This document shows, piece after piece, positions 31,227 to 39,824 of a stretch of DNA of 40,624 nucleotides (its first letter is position 1; each line of letters begins with the position of its first letter). Origin of the DNA: Magnetococcales bacterium HA3dbin3. Lineage in GTDB: Bacteria > Pseudomonadota > Magnetococcia > Magnetococcales > DC0425bin3. The stretch covers positions 1 to 40,624 of the forward strand of contig PEAJ01000003.1 in the NCBI GenBank assembly GCA_002753495.1, in the 5' to 3' direction. The notes below the pieces were generated by a model. It saw only the letters and a program-made list of their open reading frames with translations, had not been told where the DNA came from and searched no databases. Made by a program: the position numbers and the translations under genes.

Positions 31227-31967
31227 ATGAATAAAACCAATTTTTTGGTCCCGCTGCCATCCCTCACAGGCCTTGAAGCGGCTGAGGCTGAGCCTGTCCG
31301 CGACCGTCAGCTTGGCATAGCCCGCAGGATCGGCGAGGCGTTCGCTTTATCCGAGGACGGCGCCAGCCGTGAGGAGATCAGCTCGGGACTAGAAGGCCAG
31401 GAGCCAGTTTTTTTCGGTCTCGTGCTCGGATACGCTTCCCTGTCAGAGTACGACAGGGTGGTAGCTCATCTCGCCGGCATCACGTCGGCGCGCTGGTGGG
31501 TGACGACGGGGGCGAAGATTTTTCCGGAGCTGATCTCCAGCGCTATCAGACACATCCGTCTCGGTGAGCTGCCGGAGCTGGAAGGGACTGAAAAGCAAGC
31601 GGTCTGGGCGGGGGAGATCCGCGCCCAGCATCTCGATCGCGCAGAGCGTATGCTGCGCATCGCGCGTATCGTACAAAGTGAGACGATCTTCCTCAGTATG
31701 TCCGAACAGGCACAGGCGGAGGCATATACTGAGATCAAAAAAATTGCGGCGGGGACTTCTCTCCTGGACCAGGGCGCCCATGGAGGGGATTTTGTCACCC
31801 TCATGCGTCTCGCGGGCGACTCTGGTCGCTACGAGGCGTTTTACACCTGGCTGCGCGGCCGGACTGCATCTGGATGGTGGCTGGAGCGCAAGGTGGCGGG
31901 AATGGATTTGATTATGAAAGATTTTTTACGGGTGAGTTCAGCTGCTCAGAGCAGCTTCCGCTCCTAG
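31227..31967 (+). CDS. Hypothetical protein with an internally duplicated domain (246 aa)
   Basis: LPSLTG...TSARWWV and LPELEGTEKQAVWAGEIR...TASGWWL; GGAG RBS. Confidence 0.8.
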   Translation: MNKTNFLVPLPSLTGLEAAEAEPVRDRQLGIARRIGEAFALSEDGASREEISSGLEGQEPVFFGLVLGYASLSEYDRVVAHLAGITSARWWVTTGAKIFPELISSAIRHIRLGELPELEGTEKQAVWAGEIRAQHLDRAERMLRIARIVQSETIFLSMSEQAQAEAYTEIKKIAAGTSLLDQGAHGGDFVTLMRLAGDSGRYEAFYTWLRGRTASGWWLERKVAGMDLIMKDFLRVSSAAQSSFRS

Positions 31968-31989
31968 TCGGCGGCGGTAGGGTTCTCGA

Positions 31990-32217
31990 TCACATATAAA
32001 ACACTGGCGTATCATCGCTTTCCGTCTGCGCCTTGACGACCCTCCCGTCGCGCACGGTGACACGATCTCCCGACACCGAGACCCCATCCCACGCCGCCTC
32101 GACCACCCCGCGCGGCGTGGCGACGCGGGCGGTGCTGCCGGAGACGGAGAGGATCCGGCCAGAAGACGACGCATCGCCGACTAAAAGGGAACGCAGCTCA
32201 AGTAGAGGATGGGGCAT
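31990..32217 (-). CDS. Small beta-rich phage protein, last gene of the tail operon
   Basis: 75 aa; overlaps the upstream gene; GGAGG RBS; alternating Val/Gly beta-strand pattern. Confidence 0.65.
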   Translation of the reverse strand: MPHPLLELRSLLVGDASSSGRILSVSGSTARVATPRGVVEAAWDGVSVSGDRVTVRDGRVVKAQTESDDTPVFYM

Positions 32218-33598
32218 AGCGGAGCACCTCCAATGAAGTCGTGATGCGCGGCAAGCGCGCCTCGTGCGTGACGCTCGTGACCTTGCCGCGCCAGGAATCG
32301 CCCATCAGGGCGTCGTGGACCTCGACCAGCTGGCCAGGCATGATGCCGGGGCGGTAGATACAGGTCAGTGAAATCTCTTGCAGATCCTCCCCGGCGTCGA
32401 TCTCGGAGCGGCCGCGCTCGATCTTTTCGGCGCTGTTGGCAAGAAGCGGTTCAGCGATGTCTTTGCCCGGGTAATCGCCAGCGCCGCGCTGACAGATGAT
32501 GTCGCTGTCCCCGTAGCCGGTGCCGTTTTTGGTCTGCCCGGAGATGCGCAGAGAGACCGGGTAGGCTTCGAGCCCGCCGGCTGTTTTGGGCGTGATCAAT
32601 CCCCAGGCCTGGGCAACGGATCGGTACTTCACCCGCGCGACGGCCGTGCCGGCGTACTCCGCGGTCAGGGTGCGGTTGTCGGATTCCAGATTCAGCTCAC
32701 CCAGGGTTACCCCGAGCCAGAGGACGCTGACGATGGCCACTGCTGGCTTACTGATGGCAGCCATGGAAGTCCCTGAGAATGTGACGATTTCTTCGTTCTC
32801 TACCAGGTGGTTTCCCTCAGGGAAGATAAGTCCGGCGGAGGCCTCCAAAGCCAGATTGGTCACATTGGCGTCGACGTAGGCGAGGGTGTGTACCGTGTCG
32901 CCGCCGTAAAACTCCGTGCGGCCGCGATTGAGACCGGCCGGCCTGGCGTCCGGCTCGATATTGATCGGGCTGCCTTGTGGCAGATAGCCACGCACGACGA
33001 TCCGATTGACGCGCAGTCGCGACCGGTGCGACTCGCGGCAGGAGAGATTGTCGGCGATGTCGGTCAAGACATGATCCGGCGTGGCCGTGCCCCAGTCCGG
33101 TGGCGAGACCGGAAAGCGCTTACGCGTATGCAGCCGACCGTCGGGCAGACTCTCGACCACCCCGCCCGCCGCCTCGGCGATGGTGCGGACTACCTCGATT
33201 GGAAACCCCTCATGAATCGCCAGCCGGACCCGCCCGGATATGAGCCAGTTAATCATGTCCCAAACGATGGTCTCGCCGATCGCTTCCTCGGCGGCGGTGT
33301 GCGCCATGATCGGGGCATCCCAGGTGCGCTCGATAGGCTTTGCGCGCGGGGTTGCATAGCGCGCGGCCGGGCTGATGACGGCAACGACCAGTCGCGGCCG
33401 ATGTACACCCTCGCGCGACAGCTCTTTGCGATCGACGATCACACCGTATGTTTCGCCCGCGGCGTCGGCGCCGCCCAGGCGGATGGTCAGCGCGTCGTCG
33501 ACCTGGATGCGCTGATAATCTGCCGGGTTTTCCAGCTCGACCTGGCCGGTCCAGAACAGGTCGCCCTCGGATACTGAAAGAGTGATGGAGATTGGCAT
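32198..33598 (-). CDS. Putative phage tail hub/baseplate-type protein
   Basis: IEVVRTIAEAAGGVVESLPDGRL and C-terminal PGIMPGQLVEVHD..WRGKVTSVTH, a pattern typical of hub proteins. The start is uncertain (33598 or 33658). Confidence 0.6.
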   Translation of the reverse strand: MPISITLSVSEGDLFWTGQVELENPADYQRIQVDDALTIRLGGADAAGETYGVIVDRKELSREGVHRPRLVVAVISPAARYATPRAKPIERTWDAPIMAHTAAEEAIGETIVWDMINWLISGRVRLAIHEGFPIEVVRTIAEAAGGVVESLPDGRLHTRKRFPVSPPDWGTATPDHVLTDIADNLSCRESHRSRLRVNRIVVRGYLPQGSPINIEPDARPAGLNRGRTEFYGGDTVHTLAYVDANVTNLALEASAGLIFPEGNHLVENEEIVTFSGTSMAAISKPAVAIVSVLWLGVTLGELNLESDNRTLTAEYAGTAVARVKYRSVAQAWGLITPKTAGGLEAYPVSLRISGQTKNGTGYGDSDIICQRGAGDYPGKDIAEPLLANSAEKIERGRSEIDAGEDLQEISLTCIYRPGIMPGQLVEVHDALMGDSWRGKVTSVTHEARLPRITTSLEVLRYAPSST

Positions 33599-33626
33599 CG
33601 GATTAAACCAAAACAAGCTGCAAAGA

Positions 33627-34499
33627 TCATGATTTGCGCCGAAACGACAGAAAGACATCGCAAACAGGAATGAGTGACGAAGATGATTGTGTCGGGAGTG
33701 ACCAGGTATCCCCAGACCTCAAAAGCACGACCGGTCCCCCGGTCACCACTGGGCCAAACCAGGCTGCCGTGAGTGATGAAGCGATTGACTGCATCGGCAT
33801 AGAGTTGTCATAAACAGGGATGTTTATCGTCGATACAGCTGACGAAACCGTAATATTCACCCCATTGACTATAAATTTTTTAATTAAAAAGGTACCTTGT
33901 AAACAATTATAGAAGAACCCATAAACAGGGGTAAGAACTTCGATAACACTAATTGGTTGAATTCCTTTGCTTACCCAGTTTTCAATAGAAATTTCATCCC
34001 AACTGGTAGAAATCCTGTAGTAGGTAAAACATCCGGAGCATGGGCCGGTTGGGAATTTACTATCGTATGAAATTTTCTCATATAGCGGAGAGCCAGGAGT
34101 CCGTAAAATCGCCGGGTAAGACGGGATCCCTCCATCTGTGACGAAGGAGGAAGTGTAGATGGACAGCGTAACATTTCCACCGTTAACATTATCTTGCCTA
34201 GAGGGTTCCCTATAGAAATTAACCACATAGGACTCAAGGTATCCATCACCTACAAACTTTATGTATATTACAGACGTGCCTGAGTCGAAAAACGCCCCAG
34301 TTCCATCATTAAAAAAATTGAGAAATCTCCACGGGAAAATATCTCTAAAATTAGCGTCTATCCTGATAAGGAACCTCCATGAAATACCGTCTTGACCAAG
34401 GAACCGGTAGAGTTTTCCGCTATATCTTTTTGGGCCAAGGCTCGCCCCCACCACCTCATCAAACGGTCCAAGATCAATGGCTTGCGTCTGCGTCGTCAT
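33627..34499 (-). CDS. AT-rich hypothetical phage protein (290 aa)
   Basis: ATGA coupling to the upstream gene; aromatic- and Ser-rich; visibly lower GC than its neighbours. Confidence 0.7.
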   Translation of the reverse strand: MTTQTQAIDLGPFDEVVGASLGPKRYSGKLYRFLGQDGISWRFLIRIDANFRDIFPWRFLNFFNDGTGAFFDSGTSVIYIKFVGDGYLESYVVNFYREPSRQDNVNGGNVTLSIYTSSFVTDGGIPSYPAILRTPGSPLYEKISYDSKFPTGPCSGCFTYYRISTSWDEISIENWVSKGIQPISVIEVLTPVYGFFYNCLQGTFLIKKFIVNGVNITVSSAVSTINIPVYDNSMPMQSIASSLTAAWFGPVVTGGPVVLLRSGDTWSLPTQSSSSLIPVCDVFLSFRRKS

Positions 34500-35053
34500 C
34501 GAATTGGTATCCCGAGGTGGATGATGCTCACCCCACCATCTGGCATGAGCGGTGGCGTGTCACCGAGGACGGCATAGCGGATGGTCATGCTTTTACGTAC
34601 CGGATTCAGCGCGAGGAGGGGGTAGGAGATGGTCGCGGACGCCCGTACCGGACTTGTGCAGGCCCACTCCGCCCGCATAGCCTGCGCTACCGAGGTCAGA
34701 GTGCCGTACTGGGCTGTTGCGGCTGCGGCCACCCCCAGGCCGTAGACGCCTCGCGCTGCGGCAGAGAGGTAGCTTGCCCCACAGATGCCGCGCGCCGCCG
34801 CCTCGACGCGCAGGCCGTAGCTCGCTCTGACAGCGGCCGAGACACCGAGAGACCATGCCCCACGCTCGGCAACCCGGGTGACGGTGATCCCCTCCGTGAG
34901 GACGGCGTTGCCGGTCTGGTCGAGGATCCTGCCGCCATCCTGCCCCAGGATCCGGCCCGGGTAGACGGACGGGAACTCGATTGCCAAGAGATTCCCGGCC
35001 TGGTCGAGGATCTTCCCCCCAGCCTGGTCGAGGAGATGTGAGACGGTCGTCAA
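34496..35053 (-). CDS. Hypothetical phage structural protein
   Basis: ATGA coupling on both sides; repeated (L/I)LDQxG motif at the N-terminus; Ala-rich short repeats. Confidence 0.65.
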   Translation of the reverse strand: MTTVSHLLDQAGGKILDQAGNLLAIEFPSVYPGRILGQDGGRILDQTGNAVLTEGITVTRVAERGAWSLGVSAAVRASYGLRVEAAARGICGASYLSAAARGVYGLGVAAAATAQYGTLTSVAQAMRAEWACTSPVRASATISYPLLALNPVRKSMTIRYAVLGDTPPLMPDGGVSIIHLGIPIR

Positions 35054-35502
35054 GGCGCGATCGCCCAGGGCGGATGCCCTTCATAAAGGTGCAACCCTGC
35101 CACCTGCGTCGGCCGGCTGGTGGCGATCACCGGCGGCGTTGGCGGGCTCGCCAGCGGGTCCGGCGGCGCAGTGACGGTGAGGGTATCCTCCAGGTAGTCG
35201 AGGATCGTCACCGGCACCGGCCGCAAGATTGCCAGGTGTCCAGAGGCGTCGATCCCTTGCATGGCGAGCACCTGCCAGTCGAGCTGGTGCGCGGTGATGG
35301 CGCTCTCGATCGTCGCCAGCGGGTCAGCAGTGTCGATGTCGATCAGCACGTGCGTCAGCCGCCGTCCGCTCACCACGCGCGTCCCCGGCATCATCCCCGC
35401 CGGCCACTCGCCGCGCATTTGCCGGATGGTCGCTTGCACAGCGGCGGGGAGTGCGCCGAAAGACGTATCGTCCGGCATGTTGAGGATGGCGTCGCAAATC
35501 AT
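35050..35502 (-). CDS. Hypothetical phage protein (150 aa)
   Basis: ATG at 35502 overlaps the upstream TGA; AGGAG RBS. Confidence 0.65.
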   Translation of the reverse strand: MICDAILNMPDDTSFGALPAAVQATIRQMRGEWPAGMMPGTRVVSGRRLTHVLIDIDTADPLATIESAITAHQLDWQVLAMQGIDASGHLAILRPVPVTILDYLEDTLTVTAPPDPLASPPTPPVIATSRPTQVAGLHLYEGHPPWAIAP

Positions 35503-36860
35503 GAAAAATCTCCTTGGATGGCGACGGTAGACTGAACGCTGCCGAGGATCATCGCATTGGCGATCAGAATTGATTCCGGGATTCCCACCCCAAGGGTGAT
35601 GTAGCCATCGGAGCCTGCAAAGGAGCCGGCAAAGCTCGTGACCGTTCCCCAACTCCAAGCTCCAGGATCGGTGATGTTTTTACAGCCGATTTGCAGCTGA
35701 TTGGTCGCCACATCCCAGCGCACGGCGACACGGAAGCGTTTGCCGCGTGCCGGCACCGCTGCGATGCTTGCGCTGTTGCTACCATCGGTGGCCTTAAAAG
35801 CCTGCGCGGCAAAGTCGTAGTAGCAGAGTGACGCAGCGGACCCGGTGAGACTGACCAGCCCCATCGCGCCGGACGACAACAGAGAAGTGTCCTTCAAAAA
35901 CGGAAGCTCCAGCTCAACGATAAGCACGCCAGAGGCTCCATTGACGTTACCGGTGGCTGGCCACCGTAGAGCCTCGGATGCGCGGGTGACGGCGCTTATG
36001 CCTGTCACGATCGGGGTGCTGACCCCGTGCCCCGCTTCAACTTGTACATGCGCAGAGTCAATTGTTGTGGCGCCTGTCCCGCCGCTGTTGAAGGTCCAGT
36101 GCGTCGCCCCTCCGTCGATCAGGTGCTCGAGGTAGGCGTAGTCTTCTCCGCTTGGTATGTGACATTCGGTCGCGCGGATGAACCCTGTCGTCCCCAGCTC
36201 CGTGACATCTGCATCGATAGATGCGTCTCCTGTCACATGACATGTCTTGCTGTAAGGGTCGTGATAAAACTGGGAAGATGAGGCGCCGCCAAGAACTTGC
36301 ATGTAGCTGAAATGGGGGTTATCCCCGGCAATTATTTTATAGATTGCCTGTGCGGCGGCAGGAGTACCTGCCGGGAAAACGCCGTTGACCCCGCTCCAGC
36401 GGGCAGAATACCATCCCCACCCCTGCGGTTTGCCTAGACGTAGGCAAGCGCCGCCATCAATACCAGTACCGATATTTGCAAAAGTTTCGAGGTTGACGTT
36501 TTGAGGATTATTTCCCCCTTGATCTTGCGTCGACGCGTAGATGTAGTTTGTGCGCGTTGGCTCCAGGAGCAAGCCGAAGCCGTTTTGATCGAACCAGGTC
36601 ACGCCGAGCTTGCTGGTGCTCGTCACCCCCGGCGCTGACCACGCCGACCCCGACCAGATGCCGCCTTGAAGACGATGAACGTTGGTGCTCATTGACTTTA
36701 GCGCCCAGTTCGCATCGAAGACAGTACCCGTGCTTGCGCGGGTGAAGGTGGCCGCCCCCTGGCCCGCACGCAACGAAAGGTCAACGAAGTTCGGGCAAAA
36801 CAGCGGCGTTGCCTTGCCGCCGCCGGAGGCGAGCACCCCGATGCACGCTGGCGACATCAT
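35499..36860 (-). CDS. Phage fibre/spike protein with LamG/concanavalin-like domain
   Basis: TFTRAST, GLLLEPTRTN and QVEAG..STPI.T...VTRA motifs typical of virion fibre proteins; ATGA overlap at 36857-36860. Confidence 0.7.
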   Translation of the reverse strand: MMSPACIGVLASGGGKATPLFCPNFVDLSLRAGQGAATFTRASTGTVFDANWALKSMSTNVHRLQGGIWSGSAWSAPGVTSTSKLGVTWFDQNGFGLLLEPTRTNYIYASTQDQGGNNPQNVNLETFANIGTGIDGGACLRLGKPQGWGWYSARWSGVNGVFPAGTPAAAQAIYKIIAGDNPHFSYMQVLGGASSSQFYHDPYSKTCHVTGDASIDADVTELGTTGFIRATECHIPSGEDYAYLEHLIDGGATHWTFNSGGTGATTIDSAHVQVEAGHGVSTPIVTGISAVTRASEALRWPATGNVNGASGVLIVELELPFLKDTSLLSSGAMGLVSLTGSAASLCYYDFAAQAFKATDGSNSASIAAVPARGKRFRVAVRWDVATNQLQIGCKNITDPGAWSWGTVTSFAGSFAGSDGYITLGVGIPESILIANAMILGSVQSTVAIQGDFS

Positions 36861-37423
36861 GCCAGGTCTCCGTACGCGCCCCAGGTGTTGGGGGTCCCAG
36901 CGACCAGCTTGATGATGGTGACCGGGGAGTGCTGGCCGGCCAAGGATGTTCTTCCCTGCTTGCTTTCGATTACGTCCGCCCCTTGAGCGACCATCGTCAC
37001 CGTGCCGACGCCTCGCTGGATCACGGCACACTGCCACCCGGCCGGGATGGCCTCGGTGGAGGTCTGCGGCAGCGTCAGGGTGATGGGGCTCGCGTTGCTC
37101 AGAGTGATGATCTTCCCGCGATCCGCCCCGGTGGCTGTGTAGCTGGTACCGGTCTGCGCGCTGATCTGCGCACCGTGGCCAGACATGCTGTTGTTGGCAT
37201 CGACGGCGATGCCGGAGGCGTGCGCCGCGCCGTTGCCGTCGGTGACCGGGAGATACCCAGCACTTCCGGACGGGCCCATCGCCTGTCGCAGGTTTGCTCC
37301 GGTGATTTTCCGCGTGCTCCCGGCGGAAGAGTCGGTCGTGTCGGACACATCGACTGTCACGAAGTAGTCGCTTGGGTCTGGGGTCGTCAGAGCCGGCAGG
37401 TCGGTGATTTTACGGTCGGCCAT
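36857..37423 (-). CDS. Phage fibre/decoration protein
   Basis: MADRKITDLPALT N-terminus and a QTGTSYT..AD.GKII.LSNASPITLTLP domain. Confidence 0.7.
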   Translation of the reverse strand: MADRKITDLPALTTPDPSDYFVTVDVSDTTDSSAGSTRKITGANLRQAMGPSGSAGYLPVTDGNGAAHASGIAVDANNSMSGHGAQISAQTGTSYTATGADRGKIITLSNASPITLTLPQTSTEAIPAGWQCAVIQRGVGTVTMVAQGADVIESKQGRTSLAGQHSPVTIIKLVAGTPNTWGAYGDLA

Positions 37424-37433
37424 ATCATTCCCT

Positions 37434-38399
37434 TTAGCTATTGCTGCTTTCGTCGTCTGGGAGGAACCTCATCTTGATTACCCTGCCCGTATCTTGGTCC
37501 TTCATCCAGACCTCTGTGGTTCTTTTTACATCGACCTTCTGAGAAGTGTCGTCCGGATTTGTTACTGGTTTGGTGTCGGTTTTTTTCTTGCCGGGCATCT
37601 GGATTAGTAGATCTTCATCCTTGACATCATCGCCGTTATTGTCCGCACCGTCCCTCGGCTTCCGGATGCGTATCTCGGGACGGCCACGCGGCCAGAAAAG
37701 GCGCGGAAAAGAGAGAGACCCGGCGTGATATTTCGACTTCCCAAAGACGCGGACTGGCGGGACTTCGGCGAGCGTGACATCGCCTTTCTCCCAGGCGCGT
37801 TGCATCGCCTTGAAAACGTCTGCCGACGCAACCTTTTTTCCGTTGTCATAGGGGATACTGTAGAGCGAAAAAGGCACTGTGTAGGACACAAACATCGCCC
37901 CCGTGCAGGCGACGGGCGAATAAAATTCTCCGCGGTCTCTGTCAAATACAGGCGTCGGCACCATGTTGTCGCGATCGTCCCAGAAATCAGTACGCTGGTC
38001 GATCGAGACGCTTGTCACATTGTATGGGTATCGCAGCGTCTTGCGCACCTCGCGGCGCCAGGTGATGTCCTCCTTGATGACATCCTGACGCCGGCCAAGA
38101 TAGTCATACCCCCAGCCGAAAGAGTTGCCATCGACCGAGAGCCTGACGGTGTTGGCAACCTCGTCCGAACAGAAAAGCTTGATGCGTTTGATGCCTGGCC
38201 GCTCTACACGCAGAGAGTCCTCAGACGTTGCCGGGGGAGGCTTCCCATCCTCCCAGACAGCTATCGTGCCAGCCTCGACGGTAAAGGCGACAATGCACGG
38301 GAAGGCCCCCCCTTGATCGTCATCGACGACCAGCTCAAACGGCTCACTCGCCGCACGCGAGGCGATGGAGAGCGGCAGGACGGCAGAGACGACGGCCAT
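37434..38399 (-). CDS. Hypothetical phage tail-region protein (321 aa)
   Basis: TAATG coupling at 38397-38401; long ORF within the operon. Confidence 0.7.
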   Translation of the reverse strand: MAVVSAVLPLSIASRAASEPFELVVDDDQGGAFPCIVAFTVEAGTIAVWEDGKPPPATSEDSLRVERPGIKRIKLFCSDEVANTVRLSVDGNSFGWGYDYLGRRQDVIKEDITWRREVRKTLRYPYNVTSVSIDQRTDFWDDRDNMVPTPVFDRDRGEFYSPVACTGAMFVSYTVPFSLYSIPYDNGKKVASADVFKAMQRAWEKGDVTLAEVPPVRVFGKSKYHAGSLSFPRLFWPRGRPEIRIRKPRDGADNNGDDVKDEDLLIQMPGKKKTDTKPVTNPDDTSQKVDVKRTTEVWMKDQDTGRVIKMRFLPDDESSNS

Positions 38400-39424
38400 T
38401 ACGCGCTCTCGCCGGAGATCATGAGGTCGAAGTAGTTGTTCGAGAGGCTGTTGGCCCCGGCTGGTACGATGCGCTTGGTCCAGACCGGCACGGATGATGG
38501 ATGCGTGCGGAAGGTCAGGACATCGCCCGTTGCCCACGTACCGCCCCAGCCGGCAGACGGCAAACTGAAATAGGGCCTGGAGAAGATGGCGTTGGCGGGC
38601 GAGAAATCGTTGCCGGTCGATCCACTACCGACCGCCCCGAGGGTGTCGCCGGTACAAGCAAAGGTCGTGGGACTGGTAAAAACCAACGTCCACACCTGCT
38701 CAACACCGCCAATCGAGTCCACCGTCGGCACCACGGATGTCGGCGGTGTTGCCGGCGCGTTACCGGCGTAGGTCCCTGCAACCGTCGACCCGCCCCAGTT
38801 GTCCCACGACCCAATGACATATCCCACCTCGATCACCGACGAAACCCGGGCCGTGCCCCCGGCATAGCCATACGCCGTGCTGACGCCGGCAGAGAGCGTG
38901 AGCGTGGCCTTGCTGCCGTTCCAGCTGACACCGGAGGTCGATGCCACGCGCAAAAACTCCTCGTGCCCGTTGGCATCACTGATGCTGGTCTGGTCGCAGA
39001 TGCGGATTAGGTCGCCGTTACGGAATATTTGGTCTGCCGCCTCGCAGTTGACTGCGAGTGTGGTAGCCCCGGCGCTGATTGTGACATCGAGCGTGCCGGC
39101 GCCGTAGAGTCGCTCGGCTCCGGTCAAGGCATTCTGGGTGTCGGTCTGTACCCCTGGAAAGATCAAAACCCGGTCATCGCCCGGTGTCGGCGCGTTGAGA
39201 AAGACCTTGGCGTTGACCATTCGCTGGTTGCTCGCCGGGGCGACTTTGGCGAACAGTTTTCGATACTTCGTTGACCCCGCCAGCCGCTCAGCCTGCGGGA
39301 CGTAAGGAAAAAGGTTGCCCATGCCAGCCGGAAGGGCGTTTGCGGACATCCGGCCGCCGTTGCTGGAGGCGTCGCTGACGGTCGCGGGGAGATAGAACTG
39401 GATGTCAGTTGCTTGGATGGCCAT
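38399..39424 (-). CDS. Phage tail-associated protein
   Basis: MAIQATDIQF..SD..SNGGRM..NLFP.V...ERLAG..YRK N-terminus, recalled from tail-tip genes of temperate phages; not searched. Confidence 0.65.
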   Translation of the reverse strand: MAIQATDIQFYLPATVSDASSNGGRMSANALPAGMGNLFPYVPQAERLAGSTKYRKLFAKVAPASNQRMVNAKVFLNAPTPGDDRVLIFPGVQTDTQNALTGAERLYGAGTLDVTISAGATTLAVNCEAADQIFRNGDLIRICDQTSISDANGHEEFLRVASTSGVSWNGSKATLTLSAGVSTAYGYAGGTARVSSVIEVGYVIGSWDNWGGSTVAGTYAGNAPATPPTSVVPTVDSIGGVEQVWTLVFTSPTTFACTGDTLGAVGSGSTGNDFSPANAIFSRPYFSLPSAGWGGTWATGDVLTFRTHPSSVPVWTKRIVPAGANSLSNNYFDLMISGESA

Positions 39425-39431
39425 GATATTT

Positions 39432-39824
39432 CTAGACCTCGATCAACTTTACAGTGCCACTGTAACGGTCGTTCCAGGTCGGCACCGGCGTGCGGTCATT
39501 GTGCGGAACGCACGGACGTAGATCGATTGCCGGCGGCTCTTGATGGCGAAACCGCACCTGGAATGATTTATCCCACCAAATCAACATAAAAACAGCGTCG
39601 GGTAGGGCGGCGATGGCTTGCAGGGCATCCACCATTGCCCGCGTCAGCCATACCACCTCCCGGTGGGCCTCAAGGGTGATCGGGCGCCCGCCGGTGAGCG
39701 GAGTTGACCAATAAGCCACCGACCCGCCCAGCGTGCGTACGCCCTCTTGGGTGACCGGCGCCCAGGCGTGCTCATCGCTCCACTGGATGGCGTCAGGCAA
39801 AATCAGATCTCCGAGCCTTTTCAT
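39432..39824 (-). CDS. Phage distal tail-type protein
   Basis: LPD..QWSDE.AW.PV.Q...RTLGG...GRPITL motif; lies directly after the putative tape-measure gene. Confidence 0.7.
   Translation of the reverse strand: MKRLGDLILPDAIQWSDEHAWAPVTQEGVRTLGGSVAYWSTPLTGGRPITLEAHREVVWLTRAMVDALQAIAALPDAVFMLIWWDKSFQVRFRHQEPPAIDLRPCVPHNDRTPVPTWNDRYSGTVKLIEV

Noticed and set aside
33627-36860. Diversity-generating retroelement acting on the fibre genes
   Set aside because: No reverse transcriptase and no template/variable repeat pair differing at adenines was seen in the window.
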